Positions 7,771-16,943 of a DNA stretch of 20,149 nucleotides are shown here, one piece after another (position 1 is the first letter of the stretch; every line of letters begins with the position of its first letter). Origin of the DNA: a candidate division WOR-3 bacterium (GTDB taxonomy: Bacteria; Hydrothermota; Tepidihabitantia; Tepidihabitantales; Tepidihabitantaceae); contig CBFGIY010000045.1 in the NCBI GenBank assembly GCA_965648935.1, positions 1-20,149 on the forward strand. Direction: 5' to 3'. The notes beneath the pieces were generated by a model. The model was not told the DNA's origin, did not search any database, and saw nothing but the letters and a program-made list of their open reading frames with translations. A program made the position numbers and the translations under genes.

Positions 7771-10074
7771 TTGCCTGATATCCTCAAGACCCTGTCCGAC
7801 CTGGAGCGCCAGCCCTGGTACTCGGGCGGGTTGGTCTGCGTCGAACCGCTGGCCGGCCGCACCGCCGAGTACGCCGCCCCGGCCGCGCCCCTGCCCCCCT
7901 CGCTTGCGCGCTACCTTGCCGCCGCCGGAATCGAACGGCTCTACCGGCATCAGGCCGCGCTGCTCGACCTCTGCCGCGCCGGCGCGAACGTCATCGTCAC
8001 CACCGGCACCGCCTCGGGCAAGACCCTCGGCTTCAACCTGCCGGTCGCCGAAACGCTCGACGCGGATCGCTCTGCCACCGCGCTCTACCTCTACCCGATG
8101 AAGGCCGTGACCCGGGACCAGCTCCGCGTCCTGCGCGAGATGGAGAAACTCTCCGGCATCCCGCTGGAGCCGGCGGTCTACGACGGCGACACCCCGTCTG
8201 AGCGCCGGCCCCGAATCCGCAGAAGCGCCCGCGTCGTGCTGTCCAATCCGTACGAGCTGCACCAGATCCTGCCCTGGCATCACCAGTGGCAGCGGTTCTT
8301 GCGCAACTTGCGCTGGGTCGTGCTCGACGAGGCGCACCGCTACCGCGGCGTATTCGGGTCCAACATCGCCCAGCTCATCCGCCGGCTGCGCCGGGTCCTG
8401 AGGGTCCACGGCGCCGAACCGCGCTTCATACTCTCGTCGGCCTCGATTGCCAACCCGGTCGAGCTTGCCGAGCGCCTGACCGGCAAGCCGTTCGAGCTGG
8501 TCGACGAGGACTGCTCGCCGCGCGGCCGCTCGTGGCTGGCATTCTACAACCCGCTCTCCGCGCCGCACGGCTCGCCCCACGCCGCGGCGCGGCACCTGCT
8601 CGAGCACTTCACCCGCGCCGGTTTCCAGACGCTCTGCTTCGTACCATCGCGCCGGCTGGTCGAGCTCATATCGCGCGGCATCGGTGACCGCGCACCGGGC
8701 GCCGCGGTCGCGCCCTACCGCGCCGGTTATCTCCCCGAAGACCGCCGCCGCATCGAGGCCGACCTGTCGGCCGGCGAGCTGCGCGGCGTGGTCTCGACCG
8801 ACGCGCTCGAGCTGGGCATCGACATCGGCGGCCTCGACTGCATCATCATCGCCTCGTACCCGGGCACTCTCGCTTCCTTCTGGCAACAGGCCGGCCGGGC
8901 CGGGCGCAAGCTGCAGGACTCGGTCATCGTCTTCGTGGGTTTTGCCGGCGGGCTTGATGGATACCTGATGCGCCACCCCGAGATAATCCTCGCGCGCGGG
9001 TTCGAGAGCGCGGCCGTCGACCTCAACAACCCGTACATCCTCAAGGGCCACCTCGCCTGCGCCGCAGCCGAACTGCCGCTGAAGGAAGAAGAGATCGGGC
9101 TCAACGAAGAAGCCCGACAGAACATCACCGAAGGCGGGGGCGACAGCGCCGGCGGTGCGCCGGCTCGCTCACCCGACCTCACTTCCCTGGTCCGTGAGCT
9201 GGAGGCCGACCGGCTGCTGCGCCGCACCCCGGTTGGCTGGGTGTACATCGGCCGCGACCGGCCTCAGGACCGGGTCAGGCTCGAGGCCATCGAGGAGCGC
9301 CGCGTGGAGGTAATCTGCGGCGGCGCGGTCATCGAAACCCTGGACTACACCCGCGCCCTGCGCGAAGCCCATCCCGGCGCGGTGTTCCTGCATCAGGGCG
9401 AGACCTTCCTTGTCGGCTCGCTCGACCTTGACAACCTGCGCGCCGAAGTCGAACGCCGGCCGGTCGACTACCTGACCAGCGCAATCCAGCACGAGGAACT
9501 GCGCGTCATCGCGACCGACGCCGAGCGCGCGCTCACCGCGAACTGCACGCTCGCGCTCGGCCGGGTGCGCGCCACCTACCGCTACACCGGCTACAAGGTA
9601 ACCCGCTTCGACCAGGTGCTCTCGACCCACCCGCTCGATCTGCCCGCGGTCGAGTTCCCCACGGTCGGGCTCTGGCTGACGCTCTCCGGCGCGGTGCGGG
9701 CCGAAGTCGAGGCGCGGGGCTGCGACTTCACCGGCGCCCTGCACGGCGCCGAACACGCGCTCATCGCGCTCGCGCCGCTGGTCGCGATGTGCGACCCGAC
9801 CGATATCGGCGGCTCAAGCTACCCCGTCTTCCCCGACACCGGGCTGCCGACAATCGTCATCTATGACGGCTATGAGGGCGGCATCGGCATCAGCGAGAAG
9901 CTGTTCGCCGAGTTCGACCGCCTCTCGCGCATCACGCGCGGGATGATCGAGGAGTGCGGCTGCGACGATGGCTGCCCGGCCTGCGTGCTTTCCGCCCGCT
10001 GCGGCGACGGCAACCTGCCGATGGACAAGCGCGGCGCGCAGGACTTGCTGCGCCTCATAGCTCCCCCGGCTTGA
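7771..10074 (+). CDS. mrfA: SF2 DEAH helicase with C-terminal DUF1998 (MZB) zinc domain, YprA/MrfA/Hrq1-like
   Basis: LYRHQ, TGTASGKT, YLYPMKA...DQ, YDGDTP, DEAH, SASIAN, STDALELGIDIG, QQAGRAGR. DUF1998 region LHGAEH...YDGYEGGIG...CGCDDGCPAC. Confidence 0.9.
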   Translation: MPDILKTLSDLERQPWYSGGLVCVEPLAGRTAEYAAPAAPLPPSLARYLAAAGIERLYRHQAALLDLCRAGANVIVTTGTASGKTLGFNLPVAETLDADRSATALYLYPMKAVTRDQLRVLREMEKLSGIPLEPAVYDGDTPSERRPRIRRSARVVLSNPYELHQILPWHHQWQRFLRNLRWVVLDEAHRYRGVFGSNIAQLIRRLRRVLRVHGAEPRFILSSASIANPVELAERLTGKPFELVDEDCSPRGRSWLAFYNPLSAPHGSPHAAARHLLEHFTRAGFQTLCFVPSRRLVELISRGIGDRAPGAAVAPYRAGYLPEDRRRIEADLSAGELRGVVSTDALELGIDIGGLDCIIIASYPGTLASFWQQAGRAGRKLQDSVIVFVGFAGGLDGYLMRHPEIILARGFESAAVDLNNPYILKGHLACAAAELPLKEEEIGLNEEARQNITEGGGDSAGGAPARSPDLTSLVRELEADRLLRRTPVGWVYIGRDRPQDRVRLEAIEERRVEVICGGAVIETLDYTRALREAHPGAVFLHQGETFLVGSLDLDNLRAEVERRPVDYLTSAIQHEELRVIATDAERALTANCTLALGRVRATYRYTGYKVTRFDQVLSTHPLDLPAVEFPTVGLWLTLSGAVRAEVEARGCDFTGALHGAEHALIALAPLVAMCDPTDIGGSSYPVFPDTGLPTIVIYDGYEGGIGISEKLFAEFDRLSRITRGMIEECGCDDGCPACVLSARCGDGNLPMDKRGAQDLLRLIAPPA

Positions 10075-10098
10075 CAGCGCTTCGTCAGCGGTCAGGAT
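10071..10098 (+). promoter_or_regulatory. Candidate promoter upstream of the ATPase
   Basis: Perfect TTGACA (10071-10076), 16 nt, weak -10 CAGGAT (10093-10098). Confidence 0.35.
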
Positions 10099-10164
10099 TA
10101 CAGCGATGACGCAGAGCCGATCAACAGCGCGGTGTCCTGTCCGGGCGTCCCTGCGGGCTGCGCC

Positions 10165-12825
10165 GTGAATCCCCGCTCAGGGCTGAGTGCGGCCGAGGCC
10201 GCGCGGCTGTTGCGCGAGCACGGGCCGAACGAACTGCCCGGTTCCAGCGCGCGCGGACTGCTGCGCACCGTCTTCGAGGTGCTGCGCGAGCCGATGTTCC
10301 TGCTGCTCATCGCGGCCGGCGCGGTCTACCTCGTGCTCGGCGAGGTGCAGGATGCGCTGATGCTTCTGGGCTTCGTCGGCGTGGTCATCGGCATCACGCT
10401 CTACCAGGAACGCAAGACCGAACGGGCGCTCGCCGCGCTGCGCGACCTCTCCAGCCCGCGTGCGCTGGTCATCCGCGACGGCGTGCAGGCGCGCATCGCC
10501 GGGCGCGAGGTTGTACCCGGCGACCTGCTTGTCCTGTCCGAGGGCGACCGGGTGCCGGCCGACGCGGTGCTGGTCGATTCCAGCCACCTCGAGGTCGACG
10601 AGTCGCTCCTGACCGGCGAGTCGGCCGCGGTGCGCAAGGTTCCCGGCCCGGCCGACTGCCGGCTCGCCGAGCCGGGCGGCGACGACACCTCGACGGTGTT
10701 CTCCGGCACTCTCGTGGTCCAGGGAAGCGGCCTCGCAGTGGTCCGCTCGACCGGCGAACGTACTCGGCTCGGCCGCATCGGCCGCGCTCTCGCGACGCTT
10801 GAGCCCGAAGACTCGCCCCTGCAGAAAGAGACCAGGCGGATGGTGCGCAACCTGGCCGTCGCCGGCCTCGGGCTCTGCCTCGCTGTCGCCGTTCTTTACG
10901 CCCTTGCGCGCGGCGGCCTGCTCGGCGGCCTGCTCGCCGGGCTGACCCTGGCGATGGCAATCCTGCCCGAAGAGATCCCGGTCGTGCTGACCGTGTTCCT
11001 CGCGCTCGGCGCGTGGCGGATGTCGCGGCGGCACGCGCTCACGCGCCGGGTGAGCGCGATCCAGGCGTTGGGCTCGACAACCGCGCTGTGCGTGGACAAG
11101 ACCGGCACGCTCACGCTGAACCGGATGAGCGTGGCGCGGCTGTGGGGCGGCGGCAGTTTCTGCGAAGTGGACGCGGCGACCGTGACCGCCCTGCCCGAGT
11201 ACTGCCACCTCGCGATGGAGTACGCGATTCTGGCCTGCGCCGTCGTGCCGACCGACCCGATGGAACGAGCTCTGCTCGAACTGGGCAGGCAGACCCTGGG
11301 CTCGACCGAGCACCTGCACGCCGACTGGGAACTGGTGCGCGAGTACCCGCTTTCGCGCGAGCTGCTGGCGATGTCGCGGGTCTGGCGCTCGCCGGACGGC
11401 GCGGACTACGTGATAGCGGCCAAGGGCGCGCCCGAGGCCATCGCGGACCTGTGCCACCTCGACAGCGCGGCCCGGGACGCGCTGGATGAGCTGGTCAGAC
11501 CGATGGCCGACGATGCCCTGCGCGTGCTGGGCGTGGCCCGCGCGCGGTTCGCGCTACCGGGACGCGCGGGCGAGGACGCCTCGGCGCTACCGGGACGCGC
11601 GGGCGAGGACGCCTCGGCGCTACCGGGACGCGCGGGCGAGGACGCCTCGGCGCTACCGGGACGCGCGGGCGAGGACGCCTTCCGCTCAAGCGAGCTGCCG
11701 CCGGGCCAGCACGAGTTCGCCTTCGAGTTAGTCGGGCTTGTCGGGTTCTCTGACCCGGTGCGGCCCGACGTCCCCGCCGCCATCAAGGCCTGTCGCGCCG
11801 CCGGCATCAGGGTCGTGATGATAACCGGCGACTATCCCGGCACCGCGCTGAACATCGCGCGGCGCGTCGGCCTTGACGAAACCGGGCTGTTGACCGGGTC
11901 CGAGCTCGAGGCGCTGGACGATGCGGCGCTCGAGCGGCGCGTGCGCGCGGTCAGCGTCTGCGCCCGGGTCGTGCCGGAGCAGAAACTGCGTCTGGTCGAG
12001 GCGCTGAAGCGCACCGGCGAGGTTGTCGTGATGACCGGCGACGGGGTCAACGACGCGCCCGCGCTCAAGAGCGCGCAGGTCGGCATCGCGATGGGCGGCC
12101 GGGGCACGGACGTTGCGCGCGAGGCGGCCGCAATGGTTCTTCTGGACGACGACTTCTCGACCATCGTCGCGGCAATCGGCCAGGGCCGCCGCATCCTCGA
12201 CAACCTGAAGAAGGCCATCGCGTACATCTTCTCGGTACACGTGCCCATCGCCGGGATGTCGTTTCTGCCCGTACTGCTGGGCTGGCCCCTGGTGCTGCTG
12301 CCGGTGCACGTCGTGTTCCTCGAACTCATCATCGACCCGGCCTGCTCGATCGTGTTCGAGGCCGAGCCGGCCGAGCCCGACCTGATGCGCCGGCGGCCAA
12401 GGCGGCCCGACGAACCGCTGTTTGACCGGCGCACCGTCATCTGGAGCATCCTGCAGGGTTTGGGCGTTCTGGCGGTGGTGCTCGCGGTCTACGGCGTCGC
12501 CTCGCTGCGCGGCCGGGGCGAGCTCGAGGCGCGCGCCCTGACCTTCACCGCGCTCATCGTCGCCAATCTCGGGCTGATACTGTCCAACCGCTCGCGCTCC
12601 GAGCCGCTCGCCCTGTCGCTTGCCCGCCCCAATGGGGCGCTGTGGTGGGTCATCGGCGGCGCGCTCCTGGTCCTCGGGCTGGTGCTGTGCGTGCCTTTCC
12701 TGCGCGAGCTGTTCCGGTTCGGGGTGCTGCACGCCGACGACCTCCTGCTCTGCCTCGGCGCCGGCATCGCTGGCATCGTGCCGTTCGAGCTTTACAAGCT
12801 GGCCCGCCGCCTGCGGCGCGCTTGA
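10165..12825 (+). CDS. Cation-transporting P-type ATPase (type II, Ca2+/Mg2+-like); start GTG 10165 or GTG 10132
   Basis: GLSAAEA...GPNEL, DESLLTGES, LPEE, phosphorylation site DKTGTLT, KGAPE, DPVR, MITGD, TGDGVNDAPAL, and multiple TM helices. Confidence 0.95.
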   Translation: MNPRSGLSAAEAARLLREHGPNELPGSSARGLLRTVFEVLREPMFLLLIAAGAVYLVLGEVQDALMLLGFVGVVIGITLYQERKTERALAALRDLSSPRALVIRDGVQARIAGREVVPGDLLVLSEGDRVPADAVLVDSSHLEVDESLLTGESAAVRKVPGPADCRLAEPGGDDTSTVFSGTLVVQGSGLAVVRSTGERTRLGRIGRALATLEPEDSPLQKETRRMVRNLAVAGLGLCLAVAVLYALARGGLLGGLLAGLTLAMAILPEEIPVVLTVFLALGAWRMSRRHALTRRVSAIQALGSTTALCVDKTGTLTLNRMSVARLWGGGSFCEVDAATVTALPEYCHLAMEYAILACAVVPTDPMERALLELGRQTLGSTEHLHADWELVREYPLSRELLAMSRVWRSPDGADYVIAAKGAPEAIADLCHLDSAARDALDELVRPMADDALRVLGVARARFALPGRAGEDASALPGRAGEDASALPGRAGEDASALPGRAGEDAFRSSELPPGQHEFAFELVGLVGFSDPVRPDVPAAIKACRAAGIRVVMITGDYPGTALNIARRVGLDETGLLTGSELEALDDAALERRVRAVSVCARVVPEQKLRLVEALKRTGEVVVMTGDGVNDAPALKSAQVGIAMGGRGTDVAREAAAMVLLDDDFSTIVAAIGQGRRILDNLKKAIAYIFSVHVPIAGMSFLPVLLGWPLVLLPVHVVFLELIIDPACSIVFEAEPAEPDLMRRRPRRPDEPLFDRRTVIWSILQGLGVLAVVLAVYGVASLRGRGELEARALTFTALIVANLGLILSNRSRSEPLALSLARPNGALWWVIGGALLVLGLVLCVPFLRELFRFGVLHADDLLLCLGAGIAGIVPFELYKLARRLRRA
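11551..11682 (+). repeat. In-frame tandem repeat, 4 x 33 bp (GCGCTACCGGGACGCGCGGGCGAGGACGCCTCG), encoding ALPGRAGEDAS x3 + ALPGRAGEDAF
   Basis: Units start at 11551, 11584, 11617 and 11650. The first three are identical and the fourth matches 31/33. Confidence 0.97.
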
Positions 12826-12849
12826 TTTGAGCGGCGCATCCGCTATATT
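12822..12849 (+). promoter_or_regulatory. Sigma70-type promoter for the FGE-fold gene, probably leaderless
   Basis: TTGATT (12822-12827), 16 nt, TATATT (12844-12849), 6 nt, ATG 12856. Confidence 0.5.
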
Positions 12850-12855
12850 GCTGTG

Positions 12856-13590
12856 ATGTTACCGAGGGTAATCCGCACGCCCAAAGACAGAGGGGAAATG
12901 GTCCTGGTCCCGGCCGGGCCGTTCCCGTTTGGCGCCAGCCAGGAAGACATCGCCCGCGTCCTCTCCGAGCTCAACGAACCGGCCGACCCGATTTTCGCGA
13001 CCGAGCACGCCCCGCGCGTCGCCCAGGTCCGCGACTGCTACATCGACCGCCGTCCGGTCACCAACGCCCAGTACGCGCTGTTTCTGGCCGAGACCAGGCA
13101 CCCCGCGCCGCTTTTCTGGAACGACGCGCCCTGGAACGCGGCCGACCGGCCGGTTGTCGGCCTGTGCTTTCGCGACGCCGAGGCCTACTGCCGCTGGGCC
13201 CAGAAACGCCTGCCCACCGAGGAGGAATGGGAGCGCGCCGCGCGCGGCACCGACCGCCGCCGCTGGCCTTGGGGCGATGAATTCGGCGTCAAGAACTGCA
13301 ACTCGCGCGAGTGGAACGCCGGCACGACCACCGAGGTCGGCAAGTTCCCGTCGGGCCGCAGCCCGGTCGGCTGCGACGACATGGCCGGTAATGTCTGGGA
13401 GTTCACCACCGGCAACTGGGAAGGCTTCGGCAAGGCCATCCGCGGCGGCTCGTGGAAGAACTCGGCCGCGTTCTGCCGCACCACAACCCGCTGGGGTATC
13501 GACCCGGAAATCAAGGGTTCGACCTGGCTCGGGTTCCGCTGCGTGATGGACCTGGCCAAGGCCCGCATCTACGGCCAGGTCGTGCGCTAG
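12856..13590 (+). CDS. Formylglycine-generating enzyme (SUMF1/EgtB/PvdO, FGE-sulfatase) family protein
   Basis: MVLVPAGPFPFG, PVTNAQY, RLPTEEEWERAARG, WPWG, DMAGNVWE, RGGSW, GFRC. Confidence 0.9.
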   Translation: MLPRVIRTPKDRGEMVLVPAGPFPFGASQEDIARVLSELNEPADPIFATEHAPRVAQVRDCYIDRRPVTNAQYALFLAETRHPAPLFWNDAPWNAADRPVVGLCFRDAEAYCRWAQKRLPTEEEWERAARGTDRRRWPWGDEFGVKNCNSREWNAGTTTEVGKFPSGRSPVGCDDMAGNVWEFTTGNWEGFGKAIRGGSWKNSAAFCRTTTRWGIDPEIKGSTWLGFRCVMDLAKARIYGQVVR

Positions 13591-13655
13591 TCCGGCCCCG
13601 CAAACACCGCGCCGGGCCCTGCCGCCCGGCGTGATGCTTGAGGCGCCGTCTGCGG

Positions 13656-14759
13656 CTAGGCTCCCCGGCCCGCCAGCACTTCGTTCAGCGCCTTGATGAA
13701 CCGCCGGTTCTGCGGCTCGGTGCCGACCGTCACGCGCAACGCGTTCGGGAAGCCGTACTCGCGCACCGTGCGCGCGATGACGCCGCGCTGCTGCAGCCCG
13801 TCGAAAATCTCCTGCGCGTCGACCGCGAAGTTCACGAACACGAAATTCGCGAAGCTCGGCAGGTAAAAGAGCTTCAGCCGCTTGAACTCGGCGTAGAACA
13901 GCTTCTTGCCCGCTTCGACGAGCTTGCGGCTGCGGCCGATGTGGGCCTTGTCGTCAAGCGCGGCGATGGCCGCGGCCTGACCCATCCGGTTCGCGTTGAA
14001 CGGCAGCCGCACTTTCATCAGGCTGGCGATTATCTCGGGCCGGGCAAAGCCGTAGCCGATGCGCAGCCCGGCCAGCCCGTGCACCTTCGAGAAAGTGCGC
14101 AGTATGAAGACGTTGCGGTTGGCGTTGTAGTAGTCCATCGAGCGCGGGTAATCGCGGCTGGTGATGTACTCGGCGTAGGCCTCGTCGAGGATGACCAGCA
14201 CGTGCTCGGGCACGCTCTCGATGAACTTGTCCAGCGCCCGGCGCTCGACCATCGTGCCCAGCGGGTTTATCGGGTTGTCAAGATATACTATCTTCGTCCG
14301 GTCGCTGATCGATTCCCGCATCCGCTCGAGGTCGTGGCAGTAATCGTCCGGCGGTATCTCGACCAGCCGGCCCGCGGCGATCGCGGTCGCCACCCTGGCC
14401 ATCATGAAGGAGCCCTGCGTCATCACCAGCTCGTCGCCCGGGTTCAGGTAGGCCAGCGCCGCGAAGAGAATCAGCTCGACCGACCCGTTGCCGACCATCA
14501 CCGACTCGAAGTCGACCTTGAACGCGCGCGCCAGCCGGTCGCGCAGCCAGTAGGCCGAGTCCTCGGGGTAATAGTGCATCTGGTTGACGTTCCTGCGCAT
14601 CGCGGCCATCGCCCGGGGCGACGGCCCGAGCGGGTTCTCGTTCGACGCCAGCTTGATGACCGTGCCCTTCAGCCGGAGCTCGCGCACGACCTGCTCGATC
14701 GGCTTGCCCGGCTTGTAGGGCCGGATGCCCTCAACGTTTGGTCTGGTAACCGGTAACAC
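13656..14759 (-). CDS. hisC: Histidinol-phosphate aminotransferase
   Basis: Start re-placed at GTG 14759 after RBS AAGGAGG. Motifs PYKPGK, KLASNENPLG, GNGSVELI, NPINPLG, DEAYAEY, RTFSKVHGLAGLRIGY, LRVTVG. Confidence 0.9.
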   Translation of the reverse strand: MLPVTRPNVEGIRPYKPGKPIEQVVRELRLKGTVIKLASNENPLGPSPRAMAAMRRNVNQMHYYPEDSAYWLRDRLARAFKVDFESVMVGNGSVELILFAALAYLNPGDELVMTQGSFMMARVATAIAAGRLVEIPPDDYCHDLERMRESISDRTKIVYLDNPINPLGTMVERRALDKFIESVPEHVLVILDEAYAEYITSRDYPRSMDYYNANRNVFILRTFSKVHGLAGLRIGYGFARPEIIASLMKVRLPFNANRMGQAAAIAALDDKAHIGRSRKLVEAGKKLFYAEFKRLKLFYLPSFANFVFVNFAVDAQEIFDGLQQRGVIARTVREYGFPNALRVTVGTEPQNRRFIKALNEVLAGRGA

Positions 14760-15825
14760 TGCGGTCCTCCTTACCTCCGGCGGCCGATTGTGTTTCGGGA
14801 TTGCCCGCGGCCGCGAAATTGCCTCGCCGCGTGACGGCGAAAAGCACGCCGCCCGACAGCGCGAACACAAGGTCCAGCGCCAGGAACAGAAGCGCCGAGG
14901 CCAGCGCCAGCTCGCCGGTCAGGTGACCGGAAAGCCAGGCCGGCGTGAAAAACAGCACGTAGGCCCACTCCCGCACGCCCAGCCCGCCGATGGTCGGTAT
15001 GTTGACCACGACATTGAGCAGCGGGATGAAAACCAGGTAGTAGACCACCGGCACCGTGCCGCCGATCGCGGCCGCGGTCGCGTGCCACGACAGGGCCAGC
15101 GTCGCCTGCACCGCGATGCCTGAAAGGAAGCTCAGACCCAGGGCCCAGCGCGCGCGGCGGTAAGACTTCACCGCCGCGAACGCCTTGTCCAGCCGCTCGC
15201 CCAGACGCGCGAGCCGCACCCGGCCGAACGCGCGGTTGGCCAGCCGGTGGGCCGTGTCGGAAAAAAACGCCAGGGTGACCAGCACCAGCGCTGCCAGCCC
15301 CGCGCAAAGAAGACCCAGTATCGCCGGGCCGCGCAGCGCGACCCCGCCCAAAGCGAGCTCCAGGGCCCGCGCCGAAGGGCTGAACAGAAAAAGCCCCAGC
15401 GCCACCACCACCGCGAGAAACATCAGGCTCGTGAACCCGATGAGCCGGTCCAGCAGCGTCGCCGAGAACGCGTCCGCGGTGCGGCCCTCGCCCGCGGTGT
15501 ATGCGATGCGGAACACGTCGCCGCCGATCGATGTCGGCAGCAGCTTGCAGAAAAAAAGCGAAATCGTGAACACCCGCGCGAGGTACCAGGTCGAAAAGCG
15601 CATCCCCCGCGCCGCGAGCAGAATCTGCCAGCGCCACGACGACACCAGCACGAACACCGCGTACCAGCCCGCGGCCAGGGCCAGCCAGCCCGGCCGCGCC
15701 CGGCCGATGAGCGCGAGCGAATCGCCCAGCTTGTCGCGGAAAAGATACCCGAGCAGGCCCAGCAGCCCGGCCGACAGCGCGATGCGCAGGGCCGTGCCCA
15801 GAAAAGACTTCAGCCGCCCGGCCAA
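14731..15825 (-). CDS. Lysylphosphatidylglycerol-synthase-TM / flippase-like membrane protein (UPF0104 type)
   Basis: SWRWQILL, LPTSIGGDVFR, LDRLIG, PTIGGLGVRE, many TM helices. Abuts the GT2 gene. Confidence 0.85.
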   Translation of the reverse strand: MAGRLKSFLGTALRIALSAGLLGLLGYLFRDKLGDSLALIGRARPGWLALAAGWYAVFVLVSSWRWQILLAARGMRFSTWYLARVFTISLFFCKLLPTSIGGDVFRIAYTAGEGRTADAFSATLLDRLIGFTSLMFLAVVVALGLFLFSPSARALELALGGVALRGPAILGLLCAGLAALVLVTLAFFSDTAHRLANRAFGRVRLARLGERLDKAFAAVKSYRRARWALGLSFLSGIAVQATLALSWHATAAAIGGTVPVVYYLVFIPLLNVVVNIPTIGGLGVREWAYVLFFTPAWLSGHLTGELALASALLFLALDLVFALSGGVLFAVTRRGNFAAAGNPETQSAAGGKEDRSVTGYQTKR

Positions 15826-16764
15826 TCACCGCTCCCCGCTGTCGCGCCGGGATGAGCGCACCAGCCGTTCCAGCCGTTCGATGCGGTCGTTGACCCCGGC
15901 CAGCGCCTCGCCCAGAAACCCGGCCGCGAAGAAGAGGATCCCGGCCAGCACCAGAAGCATCACCAGGTACAGCATCGGCCGGAACCCGTGCCCGAACAGC
16001 CGCATCACTATCGCGACGACGCCGACGAGGAATCCCAGCGCGAGCGAGCCCGTGCCCAGCGTGCCGAAGTACAGCATCGGCTTGCGCATGAACGAGAGCT
16101 GGAACGCCACCGCGATGAGGTCGAAAAACCCGACGAGAATCCGCGCCCGGCCCGAGTACTTCGGCTCGCCGTGCAGCCGCGGCCGCAGCTCGACCGGTAT
16201 CTCGGTGATCTTGAAGCCGCGCGACCGGGCCAGCGGCACGATGTAGCGGTGCCAGTCCTTGCGCAGTATCTCGCCCGCCAGCACCTCGCGCCGGAAAGTC
16301 TTCAGCGCGTTGATGTCGCGCACCTTCAGCCCGAACATAGCGCGGGCCATCGCGTTGTAGATTGAAGACACGAGCCGCTTCTCGTAATGCCCGACCTTGC
16401 GCCCGGTTACGAGGTCGTAGCCCTCGCGCAGCTTCGCGACCTGGGCCAGCACGTCCTCGGGCCGGAACTGCAGGTCCGCGTCCAGAACGCAGACAAACTC
16501 GCCCTGCGCCAGCTCCATCCCGGTCATTATCGCGGCGGTCTTGCCCTGATTCGCGGCGTGGCGGCAAACCTTGAGGTACGGATACTGCGCGGTCAGCTTC
16601 TGCGCCGCGGCGAAAGTGCCGTCGGTCGAGCCGTCGTCCACGACGATGACCTCGAACTGCTGACCCATCTTCGCCGCCAGTTCCTCCAGCAGCGGGCCGA
16701 TATTCTCGACCTCGTTGTACGCCGGGACAATCACAGAGAGCTCGGGTTTCTGGCTAAACCCCAT
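15826..16764 (-). CDS. Glycosyltransferase family 2 (DPM1/ArnC/GtrB-like polyprenol-phosphate glycosyltransferase)
   Basis: LSVIVPAYNE, VVDDGSTDGT, NQGKTAA, DADLQ, two C-terminal TM helices. Confidence 0.92.
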   Translation of the reverse strand: MGFSQKPELSVIVPAYNEVENIGPLLEELAAKMGQQFEVIVVDDGSTDGTFAAAQKLTAQYPYLKVCRHAANQGKTAAIMTGMELAQGEFVCVLDADLQFRPEDVLAQVAKLREGYDLVTGRKVGHYEKRLVSSIYNAMARAMFGLKVRDINALKTFRREVLAGEILRKDWHRYIVPLARSRGFKITEIPVELRPRLHGEPKYSGRARILVGFFDLIAVAFQLSFMRKPMLYFGTLGTGSLALGFLVGVVAIVMRLFGHGFRPMLYLVMLLVLAGILFFAAGFLGEALAGVNDRIERLERLVRSSRRDSGER

Positions 16765-16773
16765 AACTCCTGT

Positions 16774-16801
16774 AATATAGCACTAGTGCCAAGTATGTCA
16801 A
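16774..16801 (-). promoter_or_regulatory. Strong sigma70 promoter of the GT2 operon, with extended -10 and a palindrome in the spacer
   Basis: On the minus strand: TTGACA (16801-16796), 16 nt, TATATT (16779-16774) preceded by TGc. GCACTAGTGC palindrome at 16780-16789. Confidence 0.65.
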
Positions 16802-16930
16802 GATTGGCCTGCACCCGGCGCGCCGGCCCTGACTGACCTGACCGCCCGGCCCCGAACAACATAACCCGCCGATGCACTGGAACTTAGCTCAAACCGGCCG
16901 CCCCAGCAACCCGGGCGGTGTGATTGCGAC

Positions 16931-16943
16931 CAAGTCATTGATT
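16931..16943 (-). promoter_or_regulatory. Candidate IHF binding site
   Basis: Minus strand AATCAATGACTTG matches the E. coli IHF core consensus WATCAANNNNTTR exactly, in a high-GC context. Confidence 0.35.

Noticed and set aside
7771..10074. DUF1998 helicase as part of DISARM or Druantia defence
   Set aside because: Single-chain helicase-DUF1998 paired with a YprB-like exonuclease, with no DrmC/DrmD/methylase or Dru partners. This fits the MrfAB repair type.
11551..11682. 33-bp repeats as a CRISPR array
   Set aside because: Units are contiguous with no spacers, lie in frame within a CDS, and there are no cas genes.
12856..13590. FGE/C-type-lectin-fold gene as a diversity-generating retroelement target
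   Set aside because: No template repeat matching its 3' end and no reverse transcriptase in the window; a remote template cannot be excluded. It also lacks the Cys pair after RGGS of true formylglycine-generating enzymes.
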